From Octopus vulgaris (taxonomy: Eukaryota), in the NCBI GenBank assembly GCA_951406725.2, contig OX597818.1, forward strand, positions 129,332,001-129,396,000: a stretch of 64,000 nucleotides of DNA, read 5' to 3'. The stretch's first letter is position 1, and each line of letters starts with the position of its first letter. The notes beneath the pieces were generated by a model. The model worked only from the letters and a program-made list of their open reading frames with translations. It did not search any database and had not been told where the DNA came from. Both the position numbers and the translations under genes were made by a program. This document shows, piece by piece, positions 1-11,873 of this stretch.

Positions 1-345
1 AACACAAACCACTTCCAGTGCTTGAAAATGATCACATCTCACTCCTCTGGAACATTCAAACTGACAGAAAGATAGATGCGAATAGGCCAGACATTATATT
101 GAAAGACTTCAGACAAAAATCATGCCTCATCATTGATATGACTATCCCAATCAATGTAAAATATCTGTCAAGGCTTCCCAAAAACTGAGCAAGTATCAAG
201 ATCTTGAAATAGAAATTGGCAAAATGTGGAACCTGAAGACTAAAACAACACCTGTTGTCACAGGTGCCCTTCTAACTTGTTGTTTCTTGAGGTCTCTGGG
301 TTAGACTAGGAGCCAACTTGTACAAATGCAAAGCAAAAGTCAAAC

Positions 346-347
<2 letters not shown>
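1..347 (+). mobile_element. 3' fragment of an R4/Dong-like non-LTR retrotransposon (restriction-like endonuclease domain, decayed)
   Basis: Manual translation gives LENDHISLLW..IQTDRKIDANRPDIILKDFRQKSCLIIDMTIP..KLSKYQDLEIEIGKMWNLKTKTTPVVTGAL, the RPD..D..K..KY RLE motif. A short 3' end then runs into (TAA)n at 348. Confidence 0.8.
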
Positions 348-410
<63 letters not shown>

Positions 411-437
411 GAAGAAGAAGAAGAAGAAGAAGAAGAA
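348..437. repeat. Compound (TAA)n(GAA)n microsatellite
   Basis: Directly visible. Confidence 0.95.
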
Positions 438-770
438 ACGTTTACTGCCATACCAGTGATCGTAGGAGCACTAGGAATGATCAAGAAGGGAACCGAAAAT
501 TATTTGAGAATGATCCCTGGCTTACCATCCCTGCAAGAAGTGCAAAAGATTGTCTTAACTGGTACATCATATGTATTGAGAAGAGCATTGTCAATGTGAG
601 AACTATTACTACCCATGTATTTTAATTTAACTTAAAAAAAAAAAAAGAACGAATTAGTGAGTTTAGTTTAATGGCCTACCAATGTATACCATGAGTTTCT
701 TTGCCCTAGGAGTCGAGAAGACACTCGGCAAGAAATGAAAGCAAATTTGAAAGAAGAAAAAAAAAAAAAA
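438..770 (+). mobile_element. 5'-truncated R4/Dong-like non-LTR 3' end (ORF C-terminus, 3' UTR, A-rich tail)
   Basis: Encodes IPVIVGALGMIKKGTENYLRMIPGLPSLQEVQKIVLTGTSYVLRRALSM*, a typical RLE-clade C-terminus. A closely similar copy lies at 60898-61247. Ends in polyA then TAA repeats. Confidence 0.8.
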
Positions 771-799
771 TAATAATGATAATAATAATAATAATGATT

Positions 800-890
800 T
801 CAAATTTTGGCACAAGACCAGCAATTTCAGGGGAGGGGGTTAAGTAGATTACATCTACCTCAGTGTTGAACTGGTCCTTATTCTATGTGC
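800..890 (-). mobile_element. SINE (Meta-domain type), 3' half, split by the gypsy insertion
   Basis: Joins with 6260-6345 to match the contiguous copy at 60160-60370. Confidence 0.6.
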
Positions 891-1148
891 TGTGATGAGA
901 GTCATGACGCCTCCTTGCGAGAGAGAGACTGGTCCGATTAAAGTATAAAGAGTAATGATTCAAGTGAGTTCAGAGTTCGGTGTTGAGTGAAGTTTGTGTT
1001 AGTTTGCAGTGATGTTGGAAGGTGTCAGTTGGTTAGTTCACAAGGAATATTGATTGTTGGTTCGTAAAGAGATTTGTTAGTTCGTTTCATTGTCGTTACT
1101 GTTGTCTGGTTATCTAATTTATTGTATGTAACAAATTATGTTACAACA
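891..1148 (+). repeat. 5' LTR
   Basis: tgtgatgagagtcatgac...aattatgttacaaca, a diverged direct repeat of 6013-6259. Confidence 0.9.
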
Positions 1149-1208
1149 TATGGTGTCAAGGGTTTCGAAGCTCAATAACAATTTGTTTGTGATACAACTT
1201 GTTAAATA

Positions 1209-1860
1209 ATGGATGACCTATTAGCTTCCATAGTACAGTGGCAAAAGCAACAACAAGCGCAGCAACAGGAAGGCAGTAGCAATGGTTATGGTAACAACTA
1301 CAACAACAGTTATTAGAGCTATATTCAAAGAAGTCCAAAAATGAGATATGTTTGTTTTCACCAGATGGCATTTTGAACTTGATTAATGAATTCAGTTTTA
1401 ACCCAGAGGAGGGTATACCTCTTGCATTGTACTACAGAAGGTATGGGGAAATTTTTAAGTAAAAATGCAAATCATGGTTGGATGAACGAAAATTGAGATG
1501 TTCAATCTATTAGGGCTTGAACATTTCTGTATTTTCATATTGCCCAAAAAACCCCAACGAAATTTGTTTCAAAGAAACAATAGAATTACTGTCTAACATA
1601 TTCGGTGATAAAACTTCTCTACTTAACACTTGAATGGAATGTTGGGATATAATGAAAAAGAGAATGATGATTTTATCACATATGTAGGAACAGTCAGCAG
1701 GATGTGTGAAAGTTTTAAACTCAAAGAACTTACGCCTGAGATGTTCAAGTGTCTTATTTTGATACAAGGCTTTAAAGCAAGCAAAGATACAGAAATTCGA
1801 GCAAGAATTCTTTAAATTGGAACAAACCAACTAAGGTCTAACCTTATAGTCCATGGTAGA
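1209..1860 (+). pseudogene. gypsy gag remnant
   Basis: Begins MDDLLASIVQWQKQQQ just after the PBS; fragments such as ENDDFITYVGTVSRMCESFKLKELTPEMFKCLILIQG. The protease region appears deleted. Confidence 0.65.
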
Positions 1861-1869
1861 AGAGCAAAG

Positions 1870-3754
1870 GATGCACTACCGACCCCAGAAGATATTTTTA
1901 CAAAACTAAACAGAAGAAAAATATTTTCAAAACTTGATCTCTCTGATGTATATCTACAAATCAAAGTAGATAAAAAAATATTCAAAGCTGTAAATGGTCA
2001 ACACGCACAGAAGTCTATACAAAGACAATAGACTACCTTTTGGACTGAAAGTAGCACCTGCTATATTTCAACAGGTGATGGAATGTTGGCAGACTGTCGA
2101 TTTGCCAGTCCTTACCTTGATGACATGTTAATTAAAAGTGAATCATGGAATGAGCATATAGAACACATGAAGTGTGTCTTTAAAAATATTAAAGATTATG
2201 GTTTCACACTTAGTGAAGAGAGTGTGAATTTCTTTTGCCTAAAATCAGATACCAAGGTCAAATCATAGATAAGAATGGAAGACGTCCTGACCCGTCGAGG
2301 GCAGACACAATCAAGAATATACCTCCTCCAATGAATATACCAACATTACAAGCTTTCCTTGGCCTAGTAAATTGCTATTCCAAATATACATAAATTCAAA
2401 GCACCATTAAATGATTTACTAAAAAAAGAAGTAAAATGGAATTGGTCAGTGAAGTGCCAAAATGCATTTGAAGACATAAAGAAAATACTAATTTCTTACT
2501 TGTCACTAGTGACTTTCAATCTTAAAATGGACATTGTTGTAGTGTATGATGCTCTGGAGTATGGAATGGGAGCAGTCTTGCTATACAAGTATAAAGATGG
2601 AAATATGAAGCCAATAGTTCATGCTTCATGTTCACTTATAGCAGCAGAAAAATAGTATAGTCAGATAGAGAAGGAGGCTCTATCGATTATTTTTGCCGTA
2701 AAAAAATTTCAAAAATTTCTACATGGTAGAAGACTTTTTTACAAACCAACCATCGACCATAGCTATCAATTTTTGGATCAAAAAAGGGATTGCTCACCCA
2801 TGCAGTGAACCAGCTACAATACTGGGGTACAATATTGCTGAACTATAATTTTACGATGCAGTATATTCCGCCAAAGAAAATTGGTCATGCAGACTGCTTA
2901 TCGAGGTTAATTCCCAAGAGCATGGAACCACTAGAAGAGACTGTGATAGCATCATTGCAGTCAGAAAATGAAGCAAGAAGTATTGTGTGTAATATAATCC
3001 AGGAACTTCCGGTGACAGTGGATGATATAAAAATGAAATCCTTAGAGGATAGTTACATAACGAGAATGAAAGAAACATTGGAAAATAAGCATAATGAAAA
3101 TACAAATTCAAATAATTCCTCACTATGCGACGATGTCTTAATGTATGCGCAGAGAGTAGTAGTACCAAGTACACTACAGAAAAGAGTATTGCAACAATTC
3201 CACTGTGGGCACCCGGGAATGTCCAGAATGAAAGCTTTAATGAGGAACTTTGTATATTGGCTGACTATGGACAAGGACATTGAGAAATTGTTGAAAGTAT
3301 GTAGTGGCTGCACATTGGCAACCAAAGCACCACCAGTAAAATACCAATCATAGCTGAAGACAGAGGCCATGGTCTAGGATACATCTTGACTATGCTGAAC
3401 CAGTGAACAGCGCATACTATCTAATCATTGTGGATAGCTATACAAAGTGGCCAGAGGTATGTAGTTGTAATAAATCCATAGCAAAGCTAACAATAAACTT
3501 CCTACTTGAGTTATTTGCTCAATATGGTGCTCCAGACATGTTAGTTTCAGATAATGGAACACAATTCACAAGATATGAATTAAGAAATTTCTGCAAAAAA
3601 CATGCCATAAAGCACATCTTTACCCCACCCTACCACTTGAGGTCAAATGGGCAGGTGGAAAGATTAGTCGATACATTCAAAAGAGCTCTAAGAAAAGCTA
3701 GGAACAAGCTGGATAATGATGAGGCACTAACAAAATTTTTGAGAGTATATAGAA
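1870..3754 (+). pseudogene. gypsy pol remnant: RT, RNase H, integrase
   Basis: FSKLDLSDVYLQ, RLPFGLKVAPAIFQ and YLDDMLI (RT); YDALEYGMGAVL, SQIEKEAL and IGHADCLSR (RNase H); H-x3-H..C-x2-C, IVDSYTKWPE, VSDNGTQF and SNGQVERLV (integrase). Confidence 0.93.
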
Positions 3755-5352
3755 CTAGCAGTATTGCCCAGCGTTGCTTGGGTTTGTTTCAACCCGCTGG
3801 AATTGGAATTTTTGAAAAGTAAAAAGTTTGCATTATGTAGCTTGTTATTCTCTTCAAGTGAACATTTTTGTGGTTGAAATACACCGAAAAGTGGCGACAC
3901 AGCAGTGAAAAAATCGTAAAAAATAGGGATTTTCATAGAAAAAAGCACCTTTTTGATGTAAATAATTTTTGGTGTTAACATGGTCCGATTTGAATTTTAT
4001 CTTCTACGGAAGGAAGAGCAACCCTTCTATCATACTCTCAATTTTGGTCAACTTGCGCCGTAGGGTCTCGGAGGAGATAGTGTTAGTTGAAGGCTACCAA
4101 ACCTGGTGCACACAGACAACTTCAGCTTTATATAGAGAGAGATAACACACACACATTAATACACATACATACACACACACACACATGTATGTATGTATAT
4201 ATGTACATCTGTCCACTTCTTGCCATATTTTTATCCTTCACTTCCTACACACACACACACACACACTCTCACACACACACACACACACACGCACGCACAC
4301 ACACACACCTTCTTAGCTTACAATTTTCTTTCAACAATTGACAACTGAAGTACGCTCACAAATTAATACTACAAAAACTTAGCGACAGAAAGTAAATTAA
4401 AAACCAATTTACCTTTTCTGTTGAGTTATCATTCTAATTCGACCGTCTGATTTCCTTAAATCCGTTTCTTTTCTTCAACTGAACTTAGTTCCTATCGTTT
4501 CTTAAAGTCCTTTGTGAAATCTAGGAGTGTTTATTTTTTGTTATTTCTCGAGAAAGTTTTATTTCCTGGACACTAAAAACTAACAGGAAGTAGACAACAG
4601 TCCCAATACAATGGTGCAATAGTGTAACTCATAATGTGAGCGGCTAGCATGTACTCACCATATGTCAGTGAATTGTTGCTGTGTTGCTGTGAATTGTGTT
4701 TGGTGCCTTTTTTACTAATAACAAACACACATGTGTGTGTGTGTGTGTTTGAGTGTTAGTATGTAGTTGTTTGAAACGTTTGTGTTTGTCACTGTCATAT
4801 ATGTATATGTTTGCGTGTCTATGTGTGTAAAGAGAAAGTAGGAGAAAGTGTGGTAATAGGCGGAGTAAAGCCTTTGAAGTGAGAGAGGGAAATCGTAAAA
4901 TATAGAGTTTTCTCGAATTTTTGCTTAACTGGGGGTCAAATTGAAAGAAATTTATATGCCATGACCGAATGGAATATACTTCGAAAAATCATAGGTAAAT
5001 TCCAATTGAAGAAATTGTGTGAGGAGTAAATCGTTATGTATTTATTTGTTTCTGTTTGCTCTGTATTTGAGTAGTGGTTTAAGGTACACTTGCAAAGAGA
5101 AAGTAGGAGAAACTGTGGTAATAGCAGGAGTGAAGCAGTTGAAATTAGAGAGGCAAATCGTAAAATATTTACTTTTCTCGAATTTTTGCTTAATTGGGGG
5201 TCAAATTGAAAAAACTTTTTATGCCATGACCCAATCGAATCTACTTCGAAAAATCATAGGGAAATTCCAATTGAAGAAATTCTATATTGTAGAATTGTAT
5301 TAAAAACGAACATGGTAACAGGCAGAGAAAATCTGCCTTTTATCATAAGAGA
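3755..5352 (-). mobile_element. Non-autonomous composite Helitron inserted in the gypsy integrase
   Basis: The minus strand starts TC (5352) and ends cccaagcaacgctgggcaatactgCTAG (hairpin plus CTAG, 3755). It sits at an A|T site with no TSD, and removing it restores integrase ..YR-ITQNPNTNSRKSSAELMF. Confidence 0.85.
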
Positions 5353-5830
5353 TAACACAAAATCCAAATACTAATTCAAGAAAGTCCTCAGCAGAGTTAA
5401 TGTTCATGTATAAAATAAAATTGATCTTCGATAAATTATTGCCAGGAAAGACAAAAAATACATTTGTAAAGGAAAGACAAAAAATACATTTGAAGGAAAT
5501 ACAAGAAATATTACAAGACATTTCGAAGTAGGAGATAAAGTTCATTTTAAAAATTACAATAATGGTAAAGAAGGTTGGGAGGATGGCTATGTAATCAAAA
5601 GATTAGATAATATGATGCATTCAATTAAAGGACAACATTGGGAACAAAAGAGACACCGTAACTAGTTAAAGATGAGACATATAGAAGAAGGAAGGGTAAT
5701 ACCAATGGAAGTCTTCTATGATATGTTTGAACTGTCAACACCAAGAGATATTGAACTCTGTTGAACTAGCTTCAGAAAACGAAAACAGACTGAATATCAG
5801 GAAGTATTACCCAAACAAAAAAGATATTAA
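5353..5830 (+). pseudogene. gypsy integrase C-terminal remnant
   Basis: ITQNPNTNSRKSSAELMF..IFDKLLPG continues the integrase frame interrupted at 3754. Confidence 0.8.
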
Positions 5831-6012
5831 ATTTTCAAAAAACAAAAAAACATTAACGTGCTAACAAGAATGTTTAGTACAATAAAAAGAAAAAGTGCTG
5901 TGTGCAACGAACAATACTACCTTAAAAGTCGGATAACAATTAAGATACAACAACTAAAAGAAAAGAAAATAGGGAGAGGTGCTGGAAAGAAAACAAATAA
6001 AAATAAAAGAAA

Positions 6013-6259
6013 TGTGATAAGAGTTATGACACCCCCTTGCAAGAGATAGACTGGTCCAAGTAAAGTATATATAGTAATGATCCGAGTTCAGAGTTGAGTG
6101 AAGTTTATGTTAGTTTGTAGGGAAGCCAGAAGGTGTCAGTTGGTTAGTTCACAAAGAATATTGATTGTTGGTTCATAAAGAGATTTGTTTGTTCATTGCA
6201 TTGCTGTTACTGTTTTCTGGTTATCTTATTTATTGTATGTACCAAATTATGTTACAACA
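6013..6259 (+). repeat. 3' LTR
   Basis: tgtgataagagttatgac...aattatgttacaaca. Confidence 0.9.
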
Positions 6260-6431
6260 TCATATTGACCCTGATGGGATAAAAGGCAAAGTTGACCTCG
6301 GTGGAAAATGCACTCAGATCATAAAGAGCCAGAAGAAAATACCACATGGTATCTAATGCAGGCATGAGGCTAGCAATTTTGAAGGGAGAGAATTAATCAA
6401 TGAGGATTCTAGTACTAGGACAAGGATAAAG

Positions 6432-6658
6432 ATCTTTCCTGAGCCATATAGACTCATCAGGCCAGTTTCCATGGTGCTTATATTCCTCTCTGGACAGGAT
6501 GCCGGTCCGTCACAGAATTACTCATTTTTGCCAGTTGAGTGAACTGGAGCAACTGGAGTATTGTTTTGCTCAAGAACACATGTCACCTGGTCCAGGAATC
6601 GAAACCACAACCTTACGATCATGTGTCCAACACCCTAACCACCAAGCCATGTACCTCC
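6432..6658 (-). mobile_element. tRNA-derived SINE (CORE-like body)
   Basis: Reverse-complement homology to 17544-17801. Confidence 0.7.
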
Positions 6659-7390
6659 TTTGATTCTAGCCTAACACATAATTTTATCAACATCAGAAAA
6701 ATGAAAAGGCAAATTTAGCTATGGTGGGACTTGAACTCATAAAATAAAGAAATGTAACTAAATACAACTAGGTATGCTGGTGATTATATGCTAAAAGATG
6801 ATGAAAGGCTGAATAATAGGGATGGAGAAGGTAGGATATGGTAGAAGCAATGTGGTTGGGTGGTTGGGTGTGGGTAGGTTTGGGTAGACTTATCTATGAA
6901 ATTTCTGTTTATTAAATGTGGAAGCAAAAATGGTGAAATGTTAATCATAGAATGCAGCTGCTAAAAGATCTTGGATGGAGATAGGTGCATGGTGATGATG
7001 GTAGTGGTGGTGGTGGTGGTTGTGAGAGGTGAGAAATGGGTTTGATGGAGAGAGAAAGGGACAACTAAGAGAAAGACTGAGAGGGAGTAAGGAGAGAAAG
7101 AGAAAGAGAGAGAGAGAGAGTGTATGTGTGTAAAAACGTATGAAGACTTGCAGAGTATACAGTAAGTTGTGTATCTGTATGTGAAACAGAAAGTGAAAGT
7201 GAATGAAAGAGTGCATGTAAGGAACAGAGGGGAGCAGGAGAGAGAGAGAGAAAGTTGAAAGGAGGGAAGTGAAAGTATATAAGAAAGAGAGAGTGGGCTT
7301 TAAATACATATGAAGATATATACTTGTAAAAAGATACATATATATATGTGTGTGTGTGTGTGTGCACGTATATGTGTATATATATCTATA

Positions 7391-7423
<33 letters not shown>

Positions 7424-7488
7424 GTATCAAATACACTTACACACAAACTTTACATCTTTTCTGTTTCTCAGCTTTATAAGTGAAAATA

Positions 7489-7528
<40 letters not shown>

Positions 7529-8125
7529 ACGTGTACGTCTGCCCATGAAAGTGTTTATCTGTCTGTATAAAGAGATAGGTAAAGAAAGTATGACAGAAAG
7601 AAGGTAGTGAGCAAGCGTGAAAACAAAAGAAGAGAGAGAAAGAGAAAAAGAGAGCGGTGGGAAGAGAAAAGGTTTTGGATACAAGTGAAGATATGGGTGT
7701 GACAGAAAATGAGTTTTCTTAGAGAAAGAGAGGAAAAAGTGCGTTTGCAAGAGGGAGTGCACAAGAAAGTGCTCAAGAACACAGAAAGGGAGGAAAAGTT
7801 AGATGTGTGTAATTATGTGTGTTTATGTATGTGTGTATTCAAATGTATGTAAGAGTGGTAGAAAAGGAGAGTGCATGAGTAACAGAGAAGAAAGAGATAA
7901 AGAGAAAGAGAGAGAGAGAAAAGACAGATAGAAAGAAGAGAGTCTGAAAATATGAAAGTAAACATGAGCTATCACTGGAAGACATGGAGAAAGTGCAAGA
8001 AAGATCAGTAAAGACAGAAAGAGTACAAAGGCTATAGATAAAATAAAGGTCATATACCCTTATATTTTTACATATTTCCTCTTTCTTTTACACACACATG
8101 TACACCTGCACATAATACGACATAT

Positions 8126-8435
8126 CTCTCTCTCACCCTTTTCAAGCCTAGCCAGGCTTATGGGCCTGGTTTCCCGGTTTCTGTGGCGTATGTGTTCCTC
8201 CCAGCTGGACGGGACGCCAGTCCATTGCAGTGTTACTCAAGAAACAGGAAGAGAGAGTGAGAGAAAGTTAGGGTGAAAGAGTACAACAGGGGTCGCCACC
8301 ACCCGCTGCCAGAGCCTTGTGGAGCTTTAGGTGTTTTTGCTCAATAAACACACACACAATGCCCGGTCTGGGGATCAAAACCATGATCCTCTGACCATGA
8401 GACTGCTACCCTAACCACTGAGCCAATGCACCTCC
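8126..8435 (-). mobile_element. tRNA-derived SINE (OR-like) with 12-bp TSD
   Basis: A-box (TGGCTCAGTGG) and B-box on the minus strand; TSD aatacgacatat / aatatgacatat at 8114-8125 and 8436-8447. Confidence 0.85.
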
Positions 8436-8631
8436 AATATGACATATAGAAAGGCATATATGCACTGACAAACACACACATTTGGATTCGTGCATTTAGA
8501 CATAAAGATGCAGGTATAGTCTGTATGTTGTCACGTTCACTCTGCAACCACATGGTTTTTAGTTCAAACACAATGTGTGGTGCACTTTAAGCAAATATCT
8601 TCCCCTATAATCCCAAATTGACCAATACATA

Positions 8632-8960
8632 CATCATCATCATTTAACGTCTGTTTTCCATGCTGGCATGGGTTGGATGGTTTTGACCAAACCTGGCAAG
8701 ATGGAGAGCTGCACCAGGTCCCAGTTTGATATGTCTTGGTTTCTATGGTTGTACAGCCTTTCTAACACCAACTACTTTGCAGAGTGCGCTGGATGATATT
8801 TTAAGTGACACCAGCACAGGTGACTTTTATGCAGCCCAGTGTATGGGTGCTTTTTATGTGGAGCTGGCACTGAGTGCTTTTCACACAACACTGACACAAG
8901 TGCATTTTTATGTGGTATTGGCATGGATAACTTTTACATGGCACCAACACAAGTGCTCTT
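8632..8960 (-). mobile_element. Old RTE-LINE 3'-UTR fragment
   Basis: (CAT)n-tttaacgtctgttttccatgctggcatgggttgg end shared with the 11062 element. Confidence 0.7.
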
Positions 8961-11234
8961 TGTGTGGCATGGATGATCAACTTCATTATTGTTTCATGTC
9001 TGTTTTCAAAACTGGAAAAATTTGGACAGGTCATCATAGTCTTAAACAGTTCTTATTCAGGATCATTGTTCTACATGACAGATCGAGGGACTACGTCTTG
9101 CTCATGTGTTGTCAAATTTGGCATGATTTCTAGATGCAGGTGTGACTGTGTGATTTAGAAGCTTGCTTCCCAACCATGTGGTCATGAGTTCAATCCCACT
9201 GTGCAGTACCTTCTACTATAGTCTTGGGATGACCAAAGCCTTGTCAGTGAATTTGGGCAGATGGAAACTGGTTCTAAATATCTCTTCCCTCACAGATTAT
9301 AACTCATCATAGCATTTGGTAGAATATCACCTGATGAAATGGAGTGGTTACATAATAAGATGAAATTATGCAACATTATCTAATATGGTATAATAAAGAC
9401 ATATAATAATGTTTTTAAGTATCCATTCGTTTTTATTTATTATCTATCTATCTACCTTGTATGTGTGTGTGTGCGTGTGTGTGTGGATGTGTTGTATGTG
9501 TCTGTGTGTACCCTTGTCTAGACATCAGATGATGATTGTAAAGGAACATCACCATCATACAAGCAATGTTTCTTTCGAGTCTTCAATGAATAACATGTCT
9601 GGATATGATAATATATTACCTTGCTTGGAAACAGATGAGAGTTGGCAGCAAAAAGGACATCCAACGCTGGTAAATCTACCTCAGTAAATTCTGTCTGACT
9701 CATGCAAACTATGGAAAAGTAGACATTAAATAATGACGATGATGATACCCTTCATGACACCAACCCCTTTAGAAAGTGTACTAGACACATTTTATCTTGT
9801 CACTAGCACTAGAGACGTTGTAGTTTCCTTAACACAGGAGTAAAGGATCTTCTCAAATCTATATTCTCTCTCTACCCATTTAGCAATCACTTTACAGAAT
9901 CAACACAATTTCACTTACAAGGCACTGGTTAACTCAGCAACTTGGTAAATGATGCTTGTACAATATGCCTCACAGTAGGATTGAAGCTGGTATCTTGTAA
10001 TTGAGAAGCAGACTTCTTAATCCTTTGGCCATGGTGCATCCATATTTTAAGCACACACACACACACACGGACTGGGGATCTAATCCAGGTATACCCACTC
10101 TCATATACTTATGTAATAATATACATTAATGATGAAACACATAAACTAAGGACCATATTGTCTTGCTCTTATACCTGCACATACTCACACACTTACTCCC
10201 AGACTGACTGAGAGTCTAATCCATGTATACACACACACACTCACACACACAAATGCAATAGTATACATATAGAGATGAAACGCAAAAACATGCACATGCA
10301 TGCACACACACATGTATATGCTTGCACACACATATGTATATGCATGCACACACATACACATATATATGCATGCACACACACACACACACAATAAGGAGCA
10401 TACCCTGACACGGGAAATATGGATTGCATCCTCTCCTTCATTCCCTTTCTCTCTCATGTCACACACACACACACACACACACACAAGTGCACACACACAT
10501 ACGCACACATATGTGCATGCACGTACACACACATTACACACACCACACACACACGTACACGGAAAACATGAATATCATTTACCTAGTGATTCAACACAGG
10601 AAATTAAATAATAAATTCTTAGATATTTAATTTAAACTATTGAAATTGTTAAATAAAAAATACAAAAGGAGCCTATAGGTGGTTGTACAGTCTGCTAGAC
10701 ATAGTAGGCAAGTCCTTCTTTTGCTTTAAAAATCAATGAAAGGACACAGTAGTATAGTTTTAGATATATTATAAGAGAGGCCAGTCATAGCAGGAACACC
10801 TTTGATCATAAATCCATTTAATCAGGATTGGCCCCGGGGCTAAACTGCAACAAGAACAACAACAGGAAATTGATAATAAATTCTCAAATCTTTAATTGAA
10901 ACTGTTTAAAACCTTGAATTTGAAATATATTTAATTAAATATATATATATATATGTATGTATATATATATATATATATAAATATATATATATAAATATAT
11001 ATATATAAATATATATATATAAATATATATATATAAATATGTATATATAAATATATATATATCATCATCATCATCATCATCGTTTAACGTCCGCTTTCCA
11101 TGCTAGCATGGGTTGGACGGTTCAACTGGGGTCTGGGAAGCCCGAAGGCTGCACCAGGCCAGTCAGATGTGGCAGTGTTTCTACAGCTGGATGCCCTTCC
11201 TAACGCCAACCACTCCGAGAGTGTAGTGGGTGAT

Positions 11235-11700
11235 TTTATGTGCCACCGACACAGGTGCCAGACGAGGCTGGCAGACGGCCACGCTCGGATGGTGTTTTTT
11301 ATGTGCCACCGACACAGGTGCCAGACGAGGCTGGCAGACGGCCACGCTCGGATGGTGTTTTTTATGTGCCACCGACACAGGTGCCAGACGAGGCTGGCAG
11401 ACGGCCACGCTCGGATGGTGTTTTTTATGTGCCACCGACACAGGTGCCAGACGAGGCTGGCAGACGGCCACGCTCGGATGGTGTTTTTTATGTGCCACCG
11501 ACACAGGTGCCAGACGAGGCTGGCAGACGGCCACGCTCGGATGGTGTTTTCTTATGTGTCACCGACACAGGTGCCAGACGAGGCTGGCGGACGGCCACGC
11601 TCGGATGGTGTTTGTTACGTGCCCTCAGCACGGAGGCCAGTCATTGCGGTACTGGCTACGGTCACGTTCGGATGGTTTTCTTATGTGCCCCCGGCACTGG
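11235..11700. repeat. 63-bp GC-rich tandem repeat (VNTR) in the LINE 3' UTR, about 7 units
   Basis: Unit tatgtgccaccgacacaggtgccagacgaggctggcagacggccacgctcggatggtgttttt; five essentially identical units plus degenerate ones. Confidence 0.95.
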
Positions 11701-11873
11701 TACCACAAGGATACAAATTCCATTGATGTTCATCTATTTTGATTTGGTTCGATTTGATTTGATACGATTCGATTCTCACTTGCCTCAACAGGTCTTCACA
11801 AGTGTCACAAGAAGGAAGGTATGCACAGGTGGACTGACTACGTCCCAGGTAGGGGCCACGGATTATGGCTTCA

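Larger units (their letters stand above)
891..6259 (+). mobile_element. Decayed Ty3/gypsy LTR retrotransposon
   Basis: TG..CA LTRs at 891-1148 and 6013-6259; PBS-like TGGTGTCA at 1151; purine-rich tract before the 3' LTR; domain order gag-RT-RNaseH-integrase; many stops and frameshifts. Confidence 0.93.

Noticed and set aside
11235-11700. CRISPR-like array, or repeat-protein ORFs (11100-11929)
   Set aside because: The units are contiguous with no unique spacers, there are no cas genes, and the array lies in a LINE 3' UTR. The ORFs are open in several frames only because the unit is 63 bp.
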